Shown here: in pieces, positions 23,010 to 34,044 of the stretch | Position numbering within the stretch: the stretch's first letter is position 1 | Layout of the letters: every line of letters begins with the position of its first letter | From: Octopus bimaculoides | Taxonomy: Eukaryota | Direction of reading: 5' to 3' | DNA length: 36,569 nt | Assembly: GCF_001194135.2 (NCBI RefSeq) | Contig: NC_068983.1 | Location: forward strand, 116,507,516 to 116,544,084 | The notes under the pieces: generated by a model | Told to the model about the DNA's origin: nothing | What the model saw: only the letters and a program-made list of their open reading frames with translations | The model's database searches: none | Translations under genes and position numbers: made by a program

Positions 23010-23226
23010 TTGGTTTCAAATTTTTGCACAAGGCCAGCAGTTCTGGGGGAGGTGGTAAGTCGATTACACTGACTCTGGTGTTCAACTGGTAGTTATATTA
23101 TTGATGCCGAAAGGATGAAAGGTAAAGTCAACCACAGCGGAATTTGAACTAAGAATGTAGAGGTGGACGAAATGTCACTAAGTATTTTACCCGGCGTTCT
23201 AACGATTCTTCTGGCTCGCCGCCTTA
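23010..23226 (-). mobile_element. Full-length SINE family B with a 16-bp target-site duplication
   Basis: Minus strand reads TAAGGCGGCGAGCCAGAAGAATCGTTAGAACGCCGGG...TTAGTTCAAATTCCGC...CTTTCATCCTTTCGGCATCAATAAT. Flanks are ACATGCTTACAATGAT 22994-23009 and ACATGCTTACAATAAT 23243-23258. Confidence 0.9.
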
Positions 23227-23716
23227 TCCAACTCTCCGCTTTACATGCTTACAATAATGTTAACTACATAAATAGAGGTACAATATACTCAGTAAATGAA
23301 AGAATGAAACTACATTACATAAATATAATAATATTAGTCACTAAAAAATGAGATACAATACATTAGTTGCTAGATGGTACATTATGATTACTACACAATC
23401 CAGAAAGGACAAATAATGCACATAGCAAAGAAAAATCAACAACATAACCTTAGTCACAAATGAACGTAAGAAAATTTAGACTGTTCAGTTAAACTGTATA
23501 TACAAGCCGCTAATAAATTAATAGCACGGTTTAAATTACATGCAAAGAAGATACATAGGAATGTCACTGTAATGATAATTTAGTAATATCCAAATTTGAT
23601 ACACACAAAATATATTGGTTCTAGCTTCTATGTTTGATTCACTACAAGTCATTCTTTTCATGACCCTTGCAACTGAAATGAGACATGGAAGAACAGAAAG
23701 AAAGAAGTTATGAAAT

Positions 23717-24103
23717 GTTGTTGGCACTCCGTCGCTTACGACGTCGAGGGTTCCAGTTGATCCGATCAACGGAACAGCCTGCTCGTGAAATTAACGTGCA
23801 AGTGGCTAAGCACTCCACAGACACGTGTACCCCTTAACGTAGTTCTCGGGGATATTCAGTGTGACACAGTGTGACAAGGCTGACCCTTTGAATTACAGGC
23901 ACAACAAAAACAGGAAGAAAGAGTGAGAGAAAGTTGTGGTGAAAGAGTACAGCAGGGTTCGCCACCATCCCCTGCCTGTGCCTCGTCCAGCTTTTAGGTG
24001 TTTTCGCTCAATAAACACTCACAACGCCTGGTCTGGGAATCGAAACCGCGATTCTATGACCGCGAGTCCGCTGCCCTAACTGCTGGGCCATTGCGCCTCC
24101 GCT
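23717..24103 (-). mobile_element. Full-length tRNA-derived SINE family C with (CAA)n tail and perfect 13-bp TSD
   Basis: Minus strand reads GCGGAGGCGCAATGGCCCAGCAGTTAGGGC (A box)...GGTTTCGATTCCC (B box)...GGAGTGCCAACAAC. TSD GAAGTTATGAAAT at 23704-23716 and 24104-24116. A second copy is at 31677-31955. Confidence 0.95.
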
Positions 24104-24564
24104 GAAGTTATGAAATACATATACATATAACCGTAAATTATGTTACTACTTATATGAATTACATCATATCAGGTATATGTTTCATGTATTAATTAATAAT
24201 TAGCAAAGCAAAGTAGTTTTTAAGTATTTATTTCGCTCCGTATATACAATTGCTAGTAAATTCACTTTATTTAGTAAGTAATATTGTCACAGGTGCACCT
24301 ATCTGTCTCTCTCGAATGATATAGCAGAATTTCTATTAGTACAATGCGCCTTAAATTTGATTAATTTAGATCTTAAATTAAAAATACACTACAAGCGTAA
24401 AAATATTTGTCTTAAATTAACAGAAAAGTAATTATGTATTGATATGACATTTGATGCTGTGTGTAGTTGAAACTGTAATATCTATAGCTATTATGTGTTT
24501 CCACAGTGCATTTATATACTATGTTACTACGCTCACAATTATCATCTTATGAATATCTTTTACT

Positions 24565-24786
24565 TTTTAGCAATTAATTGTTTCATTCATTAGACTGCGG
24601 CTATGCTGTGGTACCGCGTTGAAGAATTGCTTTAGTCGAACAAATCGATCGATCCAAGTGCTTATTTTTTAAGCCTGGTACTTATTCTATCGGTGTCTTT
24701 TGCCGAACCTTTAAATTGCGGGCACGTTAATACACCAACGGCAGTTTTCAAGGAATAGTGGAACACACACACACACACACACAGAC

Positions 24787-24845
<59 letters not shown>

Positions 24846-25030
24846 AACACACACGGATATATATGTATACGATGGACTTCCTTCAGTTTCCTTCCACCAA
24901 TTCCACTCACAATGCTTTGGTCGGACCGAAGATATAGAAGATACTTGACCAAGGTGTCACGTAGTGGGACTGAACCTGGAACTATGTGGTTGGGAAGCAA
25001 GCTTCTTACCACACACCCACATCTGAGTGT
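24565..25030 (-). mobile_element. Full-length diverged SINE family A with a long internal (CA)n tract
   Basis: Both halves align to 26184-26583. The internal microsatellite is ~24763-24872. Confidence 0.88.
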
Positions 25031-25373
25031 GTAAATGTATATGAGTGCGTGTATATTATATATGTGCGTATACTTATACGCGTATGACATTGTATGATAT
25101 CAGGAGTTTATATGATGTCTCCCTCCAATCAGTATTAGAAGGAAAAAATTCAAGTTTACTTACTTAGAAACTTTGACACGCAAGAATTTTCTACAAGTGT
25201 CTAATTACTTTGTTATTGAATATTATTATAACTGTCCTTGGGGATTTTTATACTCCAAACAATTCTCATTTCCTCTTTAACCAATAAATTGGCGATAATT
25301 TCTACTATAACAAATTATCAGGCGACAGCACAACAAACAACACAAACATGCAGTAATTTTCCATACAGACACA

Positions 25374-25374
<1 letters not shown>

Positions 25375-25425
<51 letters not shown>

Positions 25426-25460
25426 ACATGTATGTTTGTGTGTGTGTGTGTGTGTGTGTA
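25375..25460. repeat. (CA)n...(TG)n inverted microsatellite pair
   Basis: Seen directly. Confidence 0.9.
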
Positions 25461-25579
25461 AATAGATACACACATACATGTTTACATGTGTGTAACTGTA
25501 TGTATATACATGTATAGATAAGTGCTTTTATATATGTATAGATTATATGTATGTATAGGCATGGATTAAAGATTAGGGT

Positions 25580-25770
25580 ATTAGATTTATAATCGTGAGA
25601 TGGTAGTTTCAATTCGTGGACCGGACGACGCGTTGGTGTTCTAGAGCAAAACACTTCATTTCACGTTGCTCCAGCTGGCAAAATTAGTAATCTGGTATCC
25701 TGTTCAGTGGGGGAATGTATGCACCACGGAAACCAGGAAACCAGCTCCAAGAGACTAAATGACTCGGTTA
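25580..25770 (+). mobile_element. Degenerate tRNA/CORE-type SINE fragment
   Basis: GTAGTTTCAATTCG B-box remnant followed by GTGTTCTAGAGCAAAACACTTCATTTCACGTTGCTCCAG (CORE-like). Confidence 0.5.
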
Positions 25771-26183
25771 GAATTTTTGTCCTTTATTTTTATCCTTATA
25801 TGTATAAATACACTCACACACATGTGTATATATGTATATATACATGCATACATATATAGACGCACATATATTTTTACATACAGTCAAAAGGTGAGAGCGA
25901 GCGGTGCCCAATACAGAAAACATGTAGTGCTCAATTGATTTGAATGTAAACTCCGAAATGCTTATCGAGGTCCACAGAAAGAGTGGTTTTAAGAGAAACC
26001 CTGGTGAGTTGATATGGAGATTGTGATGCAGATAAACGCGATTAATTTGATATATATATTTATCCATATATACACATATAAATACACACATACACACACA
26101 CACATGCACACACACATGCACATGCACATGCACACATACACATATAGAGAAATATATTCAGAAGATACATATATACAAGCATA

Positions 26184-26583
26184 TACTCTTTTACTCTTTT
26201 ACTTGTTTCAGTCATTTGACTGCGACCATGCTGGAGCACCGCCTTTTGTCGAGAAAATTAACCCCAGGACTTATTCTTTGTAAGCCTAGTACTTATTCTA
26301 TCGGTCTCTTATTGCCGAACCGCTAAGTGACGGGGACGTAATCACACCAGCATCGGTTGTCAAGCGATGTTGGGGGACAAACACGGACACACAAACACAC
26401 ATATATATATACATATATACGACGGGCTTCTTTCGGTTTCCGTCTACCAAATCCACTCACGAGGCTTTGGTCGGCCCGAGGCTATAGTAGAAGACACTTG
26501 CCCAAGGTGCCACGCAGTGGGGCTGAACCCGGAACCATGTGGTTGGTAAGCAAGCTACTTACCACACAACCACTCCTGCGCCT
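26184..26583 (-). mobile_element. Best-preserved full-length SINE family A
   Basis: tRNA-like head AGGCGCAGGAGTGGTTGTGTGGTAAG...GGGTTCAGCCCC, CORE-like CCTTGGGCAAGTGTCTT, short internal TA/TG tract, second domain CGGTTCGGCAATAAGAGACCGATAGAATAAGTAC, and tail ATGACTGAAACAAGT(AAAAGAGT)n. Confidence 0.93.
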
Positions 26584-26762
26584 TATATATATATATAAAG
26601 TAAAGTCAGTCGCCACATCAAAGTGGCCGTTTCATGTTACTACTAGTTTAACCCCAAGCAGATTCTCCGCCAGCTGGTTATCGGTGCGACTCTGCTCTCT
26701 TTATATACAATACATTGTTAGCAGAGTAGCAAACCCCTACCGCTTTGTAGTAGGTAACAGGA

Positions 26763-26811
26763 TCGCGAGACTGACTCAGTTTCGAGCTATTTGGCTCATC
26801 TTCAGTCGCGA
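26763..26811 (-). ncRNA. Type I hammerhead ribozyme (complete fold)
   Basis: Minus strand: TCGCGA-CTGAAGA-T-GAGC(CAAATA)GCTC-GAAA-CTGAGTCAG-TC/TCGCGA. All core nucleotides are present. Stem I is 6 bp, stem II 4 bp, stem III near-palindromic ACTGAGTCAGT. The triplet is GUC and there is one extra U after A9. Confidence 0.8.
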
Positions 26812-26949
26812 GCATCTGTCCGCCAGAGCGATAGCCAGAGTCCGCTCCAGCCACAAAAATACTCAGATCTCTTCTTGAGATTTTACAACCAGCTATTTTG
26901 CTTGTTGCAAATCAGTGACCGATGGTCGCTTTGTTTACCATATATTGTG

Positions 26950-27370
26950 CTTGCTATATTAAGAGATGACGCTCCAGTTTTATCAACAGCCCAAATGCGA
27001 GCAGCTTTCTTTAAGAGAGGAAGGAGTCTTGAAGATGATTCAAAGTCTGAGAATGCTGCAAATGCCACCACCAATGAAAACATTGATCGTGTTCACCACA
27101 TGCTGATGGACGACCGGCGATTGACTATAAATCAAATAGCTAATGCTTTTAGCATATCCCGTGCGTGAGTTGAGAATATTGTTCAGAATGAACTTGGCAT
27201 GACGAAAGATTCTGCTCGGTGGGTGTCACGTCTTCTGACACCTGATCAAAAGCGCAGCGGGATGATCACATCACGGCAAAACCTGACATCTATTTTTGGT
27301 TTCAAGCAGAAAGGTGTTCTTCCATCATGATAATACTCGGCCACATACAGCAAAGATGATATTCCAAAGC
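26950..27370 (+). pseudogene. Internally deleted mariner-family transposase fragment
   Basis: LRDDAPVLSTAQMRAAFFKRGRSLEDD...NIDRVHHMLMDDRRLTINQIA...NELGMTKDSARWVSRLLTPDQK (HTH and WVPRLL motif), then a jump to FHHDNTRPHTA (second catalytic D). Confidence 0.9.
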
Positions 27371-27559
27371 ACAGTACCAAAAGATGGTTCGAAGTCTGCT
27401 GGAAGATGATATGTGAATATGAGTTTGAATTTGTTTTCGGTTAAGAATGTGAGCTACCCAACGTAAAGAATACAGAAGATCTCAGAGGTAAATGAAAGAA
27501 CTCTTTTAAAAGAACTCTCTAAAGAACTGCCCATTTGTTGTATAAATGTTTTATTGGGC

Positions 27560-27725
27560 TCTTAATTAAAAGTTCATTTATTCTGATTATACTCTCCTGA
27601 CTTCTTTGACTACTGTTTCTTCTGCTCTAAGCAAGTTGGTCTCCTGAGCGTTGCCCTTGCGTTTTTCTGAGCCATCAGACTACAGATTATTGTGTTGGAG
27701 CCTGTTGGTAGTATCAGAAGCTGTG
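27560..27725 (-). pseudogene. Possible RTE-clade LINE ORF2 linker fragment
   Basis: Minus strand IICSLMAQKNARATLRRPTCLEQK resembles the RTE endonuclease-RT linker. It is short and degenerate. Confidence 0.4.
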
Positions 27726-27939
27726 TGCGGCGTAACAATTCATATATACATATATGTGATATGCGTATGTATGCAAACACATACGTATCTATAAATTAGT
27801 GTGCGTTGGTAGTGTTTGATGGCGTATTTTAAGATTCTCAGCTATTTTAGAAATTATCATTAATTTACTGGTAACACAAAACTGAGAATTGTTTCATGAA
27901 CGAAAATCTAATCTAATCTAAACCCCCACCACACGCATA

Positions 27940-28205
27940 CCTTTTACCTTTTGTCTTTTACTTGTTTCAGTCTTTGGACAGCGGCCATACTGGGGCACTG
28001 TCATGATTGGTTTATGATGAATCGACACCATTACTTGCGTTTTAAAACTTGGTATTTATTCTATAGGTTTCTTTTGCCGAAGTAAGTTACAATGACATAA
28101 CCCCGCCGACAAAAAAAAAAATAAACAAACAAAAAAAAAACGCTCACACAAACGACGGGCTTATTGCTTATTTACGTTTACATGTACAGAATCCACTCAT
28201 AAGGT
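27940..28205 (-). mobile_element. SINE family A lacking its tRNA head
   Basis: CTTTTACTTGTTTCAGTC tail, TATTTATTCTATAGGTTTCTTTTGCCGAA second domain, and CGACGGGCTT...AATCCACTCATAAGG. The internal tract here is poly(A)-like. Confidence 0.8.
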
Positions 28206-28209
28206 TTCT

Positions 28210-28730
28210 CCTGAAACTACCTCGCAGAAAATATGTCTATTGTTCCGCGTTCAGGTCCGAAACCACACTGTTTTTCGGGAATCACATGTGGACACACATT
28301 TTCAACGAGAAAATCTAACATGATCCTTGAATGTATCTTCCCATTATGTGCCAGGAGGTTTATCTCTCTTGAATTACCACACACTGATTTTAGCCCGTTA
28401 TCCCTTACACAGAGAGATTAGAATGCTATTTATCCATTTATGTGGCGCAGAAGATTCATTCCAAACACGCATTATCAGGCTATGAATTTCAGATGAAATA
28501 TGATCCCTACCTGCTTTCAGGATCTCAACTGAAATATCGTCCCATCCAGGGGCTTTACCTGATCTCAGCTTATATAATGCCAGATTTACTTCTTCAATGG
28601 AAGGCGTATCGTTCATGTGTTGCACTATCTCTCTTTGCGGAATGTTATTTATAATATTCATGTTCACCACAGAAGGATTGTCGAAAAGATCTGCAAAGTG
28701 TTCTCTCCATCTATTCATTATTCCAGGAAA
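28210..28730 (-). pseudogene. RTE-clade LINE reverse-transcriptase N-terminal fragment
   Basis: RWREHFADLFDNPS...PSIEEV...LRSGKAPGWDDISVEILKAG, then after a frameshift CGNSREINLLAHNGKIHSRIML...IPEKQCGFGPERGTID. Confidence 0.9.
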
Positions 28731-29234
28731 ATCTTTAATAAACTTATAATAAACTGAGACTGCACAAATATTGTAAGTCAGGTATCTGAGTTAATACAAA
28801 GTCAGTCATGTGACCTTGCTTTGATCATGGGTGATTCCAGTTAACTTTATGCTTTAACTTATGATGAAAGTATTCCCAACAATCAACCACACACACACAC
28901 GCACGCACACACATGCACACACTCACACACAGACACACAGACACATACACACATAAACATATATATATATATGTATACACGCATATACATACAAATACAT
29001 AAATATACACACGTATTCCAAGTGGCTTTCCGTTTTCCTATGTGTTCGTTCCGTTGTCTGTAGTTCATTGTTCTAACGTCCTGTACCCTGATATGCATAT
29101 ATATACACATGTAGATGTAAGTATGTATATATATGTGTGTATACATGTATATATATTCTTTGTAGTATTATATTATTGAACGCACACGTCCTTTTTTGCA
29201 AGTAAGTCTGTATTTTATTATTCTGACGTGACTC

Positions 29235-29235
29235 C

Positions 29236-29311
<76 letters not shown>

Positions 29312-29325
29312 ATCTATTTATCTAT
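29235..29325. repeat. (CTAT)n tetranucleotide microsatellite
   Basis: Seen directly. Confidence 0.95.
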
Positions 29326-29347
29326 CTGTCTTCCTCTATCTTTCTAT

Positions 29348-29661
29348 CTATCCCTCTATCCACCTATCTATCTTTCTTCTTACCCATCTCCCCCTCTCGC
29401 TCTGCTTCCTTCTGTTATCTTGGCTTCTACTTCATTGCTATACACTTCTGTCCCTTCCTCCTTGTTCCACTTCCCCTCCCTACCATCCTCTCTCTTTCTC
29501 TATCTTTCTACCTATCCCTCTATTTACCTACCTATCTATCTTTCTTGTTACCAATCTCCCCCTCTCGCTCTTCTCCCTTCTGTTGTCCTAGCCTCTACTT
29601 CACTGCTATACCCTTCTGTCCCTTACTCCTTGTTCCACTTCCTCCCTCCACCATCCTCTCT
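29348..29661. repeat. Two diverged tandem copies of a ~165-bp pyrimidine-rich unit
   Basis: CTATCCCTCTAT...CCCCTCTCGCTCT...CTTGTTCCACTTCC...CCATCCTCTCT starts at 29348 and again at 29512. Confidence 0.88.
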
Positions 29662-30462
29662 GCTCTCGTGTGACCTGTGGTCAGCTTTCTTTTCACTCCA
29701 GCCGCTGTGAAGGCAAGACGAACTACTAGCGTTCTACCTCAGATTCGCGTTTGGCCGTACGGCTTTTGAATGTTGTTTTCACTGTCCAATTTTTCCTGTC
29801 TTGGTTTGTGTTTGCCACCTTGGAATCCTCTGTGTAGTGGGTTGATCCACTACTCAGGAAGAGACTATTCTAGAGTACGTTCTGTCTTATCTTCGAAACG
29901 TCAGGTTAGAATAGAGGCAGCTGNNNNNNNNNNNNNNNNNNNNNNNNNNNNNNNNNNNNNNNNNNNNNNNNNNNNNNNNNNNNNNNNNNNNNNNNNNNNN
30001 NNNNNNNNNNNNNNNNNNNNNNNNNNNNNNNNNNNNNNNNNNNNNNNNNNNNNNNNNNNNNNNNNNNNNNNNNNNNNNNNNNNNNNNNNNNNNNNNNNNN
30101 NNNNNNNNNNNNNNNNNNNNNNNNNNNNNNNNNNNNNNNNNNNNNNNNNNNNNNNNNNNNNNNNNNNNNNNNNNNNNNNNNNNNNNNNNNNNNNNNNNNN
30201 NNNNNNNNNNNNNNNNNNNNNNNNNNNNNNNNNNNNNNNNNNNNNNNNNNNNNNNNNNNNNNNNNNNNNNNNNNNNNNNNNNNNNNNNNNNNNNNNNNNN
30301 NNNNNNNNNNNNNNNNNNNNNNNNNNNNNNNNNNNNNNNNNNNNNNNNNNNNNNNNNNNNNNNNNNNNNNNNNNNNNNNNNNNNNNNNNNNNNNNNNNNN
30401 NNNNNNNNNNNNNNNNNNNNNNNNNNNNNNNNNNNNNNNNNNNNNNNNNNNNNNNNNNNNNN

Positions 30463-30510
<48 letters not shown>

Positions 30511-30560
30511 GCTGCAGCAGCAGCAGCTGCTGCTGCTGCTATTGCTGCCGCTGTTGTTGT
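30463..30560. repeat. (ACT)n followed by (GCA)n/(GCT)n trinucleotide repeats
   Basis: Seen directly next to the gap. Confidence 0.95.
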
Positions 30561-31379
30561 AAGAACATTAGAAATGTCTTAAGCAGGCGAAGGAAACTGA
30601 ATTTCTGAACAAAGAAATGATCTAAAATGTCAAGCCTGTTCTTTTCAGGATTTTAAATAACACATACGACACTTTTCTTAGAGAGATGCTAGTCTTTCTG
30701 AAGAAATTTAGAGTACTAAAGACTTAATATAACTCTTACTGGATTAAAAATAGAAAAGAATATTCATCATTGATACAGGAGAATAACGACTAAGGCTATA
30801 ATTCTAGGTAATTCAGTAAATACGGGCTAATGCAAATTGCATGTGTGCCTCTGATTTTGAAATTAGAATAGATGAAATATTGATGATCTTTTCAGGATTT
30901 GCTATCTATTCGAAGAGTAATCCGAAAGCATTGGCTCCCGGCCATCTGTAACATATTGAACAATTACATTCTGCCACAGAACTTCTCTAAGTAAGCTAGC
31001 ATGTACATATAATATATAAGAGGATTTATGTATAACAGCTCCAGGATAGGAAAGCATTCCTAATCTACTGCTAAAATTCTGGTAAGCTAGCCTTTCTTGT
31101 CCTTAGAGGTATTTTGGTGTTTGGCGCCTAAAATTGTTGAAAGTTGTAATAATAACTTTCGTCGCACCAAATGATCACTACAAACAAGCAATAATAATGT
31201 TGATTCATAAAAGATAGTAGCAAAGTACATCCAAACCATTATATTCTTGTATGGTATTCATATCGCATCTTTCATTATTCTCCGGACAGAATTATGTAGA
31301 AACAGATAATGGGCTATTTTTTGAGAAATGTGAATATTTTAATTACTTTCAGCTTGAACTACTGAGAATGTCTCCACTC

Positions 31380-31417
<38 letters not shown>

Positions 31418-31676
31418 NNNNNNNNNNNNNNNNNNNNNNNNNNNNNNNNNNNNNNNNNNNNNNNNNNNNNNNNNNNNNNNNNNNNNNNNNNNNNNNNNNN
31501 NNNNNNNNNNNNNNNNNNNNNNNNNNNNNNNNNNNNNNNNNNNNNNNNNNNNNNNNNNNNNNNNNNNNNNNNNNNNNNNNNNNNNNNNNNNNNNNNNNNN
31601 NNNNNNNNNNNNNNNNNNNNNNNNNNNNNNNNNNNNNNNNNNNNNNNNNNNNNNNNNNNNNNNNNNNNNNNNNNNA

Positions 31677-31965
31677 CACCTAAAGCTCCACGAGGCTCCG
31701 GAAGGGGATGGTGGCGAACCCTGCTGTACTCTTTCACCACAACTTTCTCTTACTTCCTGTTTCTGTTGTGCCTGTAATTCAAAGGGTCAGCCTTGTCACA
31801 CTGTGTCACGCTGAATATCCCCGAGAACTACATTAAGGGTACACGTGTCTGTGGAGTGCTCAGCCACTTGCACGTTAATTTCACGAGCAGGCTGTTCCGT
31901 TGATCGGATCAACTGGAACCCTCGACGTCGTAAGCGACGGAGTGCCAACAACAACAACAGCAATA
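31677..31965 (+). mobile_element. SINE family C, 3' part (head lost in gap)
   Basis: Near-identical to the reverse complement of 23717-24000 and ends in GGAGTGCC(AAC)n. Confidence 0.93.
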
Positions 31966-32531
31966 CTAGTAAAACATTTAATACAGTATGTCTTTTCTTT
32001 TTATTTTTTACTGATCTAGAATGATGAATGCCGAGTCTTTTACAATTTACATTAAAAAATCTTAACCGTTAATTATAGCAGATATTTTGTTTTTGAATTT
32101 CTTTTTACGAGTATTTGAATATGATGTGTGCTGAAAACGACACTGATTTTCTATTCTTCGTGTTTATTGTTACAGTATGTGACGAAAAATTTGAGGCAAA
32201 TGAATCAATAATATTTTTGTTAAAAAGAAAACTGAAATAGATTACAACCACCAAGGTGTGTTTATTAACTAAATTACCTTTCCAAGGCACGACATTATAT
32301 TGTTGCATTACCCATATTCTTGTTGATATTTCACAATAAGTTCCAATTTATATGACACTCTGTTCTGTTAGTGATAGAATAGCTTATTTACTAGAGGTTA
32401 AATCATTATGAAAATATTTGCTATTCTCATGTGCTTTGCGAGGAGGTAGTTTGTCAGTTTACACTACTAATATGCTGTGAAACTTAATGCAGCATTACGG
32501 TTCATCATTGTATTAATAGTCATTTTAATGT

Positions 32532-32563
<32 letters not shown>

Positions 32564-32719
32564 TTGTATTTTGTTCGAATTCGAGTGGTTTGATGCGTGT
32601 ATATCTGTGGGTGTGTGAGAGAGCAGGTCAGTGTCCATGTGCATAGAATGTGTGTGAGTGGTTAAGAAGTTGTGCGCGCCTCTATACGTCCACTTGTGCG
32701 CATTTGATTATGTGTGTCT

Positions 32720-32757
32720 GAGAGAAAGAGAGAGAGACAGAAAAAGAGAGGGAGAGA

Positions 32758-32834
<77 letters not shown>

Positions 32835-32860
32835 TGCGTGTGTGTGAGTGTGTATGTGCG
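32720..32860. repeat. (GA)n followed by (TG)n microsatellite
   Basis: Seen directly. Confidence 0.95.
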
Positions 32861-33324
32861 TGTCTACGTATTGCCTATCCTTGCGTGTTAGTGTTCTGGT
32901 AATTTGGTACGTCACGCAATATAACTTCTGGATTTTCTTTTACCTTTTTATTCTTCATGGGGTTTCACGTACATATTTTCACTCACACATATGTGTACTT
33001 GTTTTGTCAGCCTCACACACGCATTCGCCCACATCTGCAATCAGAAATGCAAGCATACATGCACACATATATACACAGCCTAGACTCACACTAGATGTTT
33101 CCATGCCAACCGAAACGACCACAGGATATAAACACCTTGTAATACATATAACCGGTTAAGAGTTAAATATATTCACCAGTGGAGCGTAAGGTGGAAAAGA
33201 GTGGGCACTTAAGAATGCAAGAATATGTTGGATGATATTCGACTACGATAACGTTCATGTCAAAGCAACCAAGCACACACAAATATGCATGTGTGTATGC
33301 ACCGTCGTCCACAGACGCATACAA

Positions 33325-34044
33325 AGGAGCCAGTAGGAAATTTGAAACTATCATACGTAACGATAGGAATGGGATTTGCCCACTCTATAGGAGCAAGTCA
33401 TGGAACATCATTGAAAGGACTAAGAAGAAAATAAGTAAGGCCAACTCATGGTATGATAGCCACAAATACCAGAGTGTCATGTTCGTCGACACCACCCCTA
33501 GAGGCGAACTGGCATACCGCTTNNNNNNNNNNACCCCTAGAGGCGAACTGGCATACCGCTTTAGAAGGGCCCTAGACAAACTTAAGCTAAGAATTAAGGT
33601 TGTAGAAAGACCAGGTAACCCTATCAAATCCCTAATCGGCGTAACCTACCCTTTTAATAGAACCCCCTCTACTGAAAGGGACTGTATTGTATGTAGATTT
33701 AGCCCACAAACAAACTGTAAAGCTAGGCATGTAGTTTATTGTATAAGATGTACAGAGGGACGGTGCAGTAACAAGACAACGACGAACGTAGGGGAGACAG
33801 CACGGAGCATAGGAGAGCGGGTAAATGGACATTGGAGGGAACTTAAGGAAGACAAGAGCTCATCGGTTCTGTACCAGCACGCAGAGCGGAAACACGGGGG
33901 CTCTCTCAACAACATAAACGTTAAAATATTTTCCGCACATAGAACAGACAAATTACGGAAGTTACACACATAATAGAAGATAAACCTAGCTTGAATAGGA
34001 AACTAAAATGGAACACTAGCACCCCTCAACACACCACAACCTAA
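33325..34044 (+). mobile_element. 5'-truncated Penelope-like element: RT C-terminal linker, Cys-rich finger and GIY-YIG endonuclease
   Basis: PLYRSKSWN..ER.KKK...WY...SVMFVDTTPRGEL, IKVVERPG, DCIVC...NCKARHVVYCIRC (first GIY-YIG motif), NVGETARSIGERVNGH (YVGET-R-R-EH mutated), then frameshifted EVTHIIEDKPSLNRK with a stop at 34042-34044. Confidence 0.85.

Noticed and set aside
23990-24103. Functional tRNA genes at SINE heads
   Set aside because: A/B boxes are present, but each runs into SINE body and tail, occurs as dispersed copies, and lacks a full cloverleaf.
29850-29910. Hammerhead-like CTCAGGAAGAG...CTTCGAAACGTCAGG
   Set aside because: G5 is replaced by C and stem I does not pair, so it is too degenerate to call.
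30463-30582. Poly-Thr/poly-Ala coding repeat
   Set aside because: Pure trinucleotide repeat next to a gap, with no flanking protein motif or splice support.
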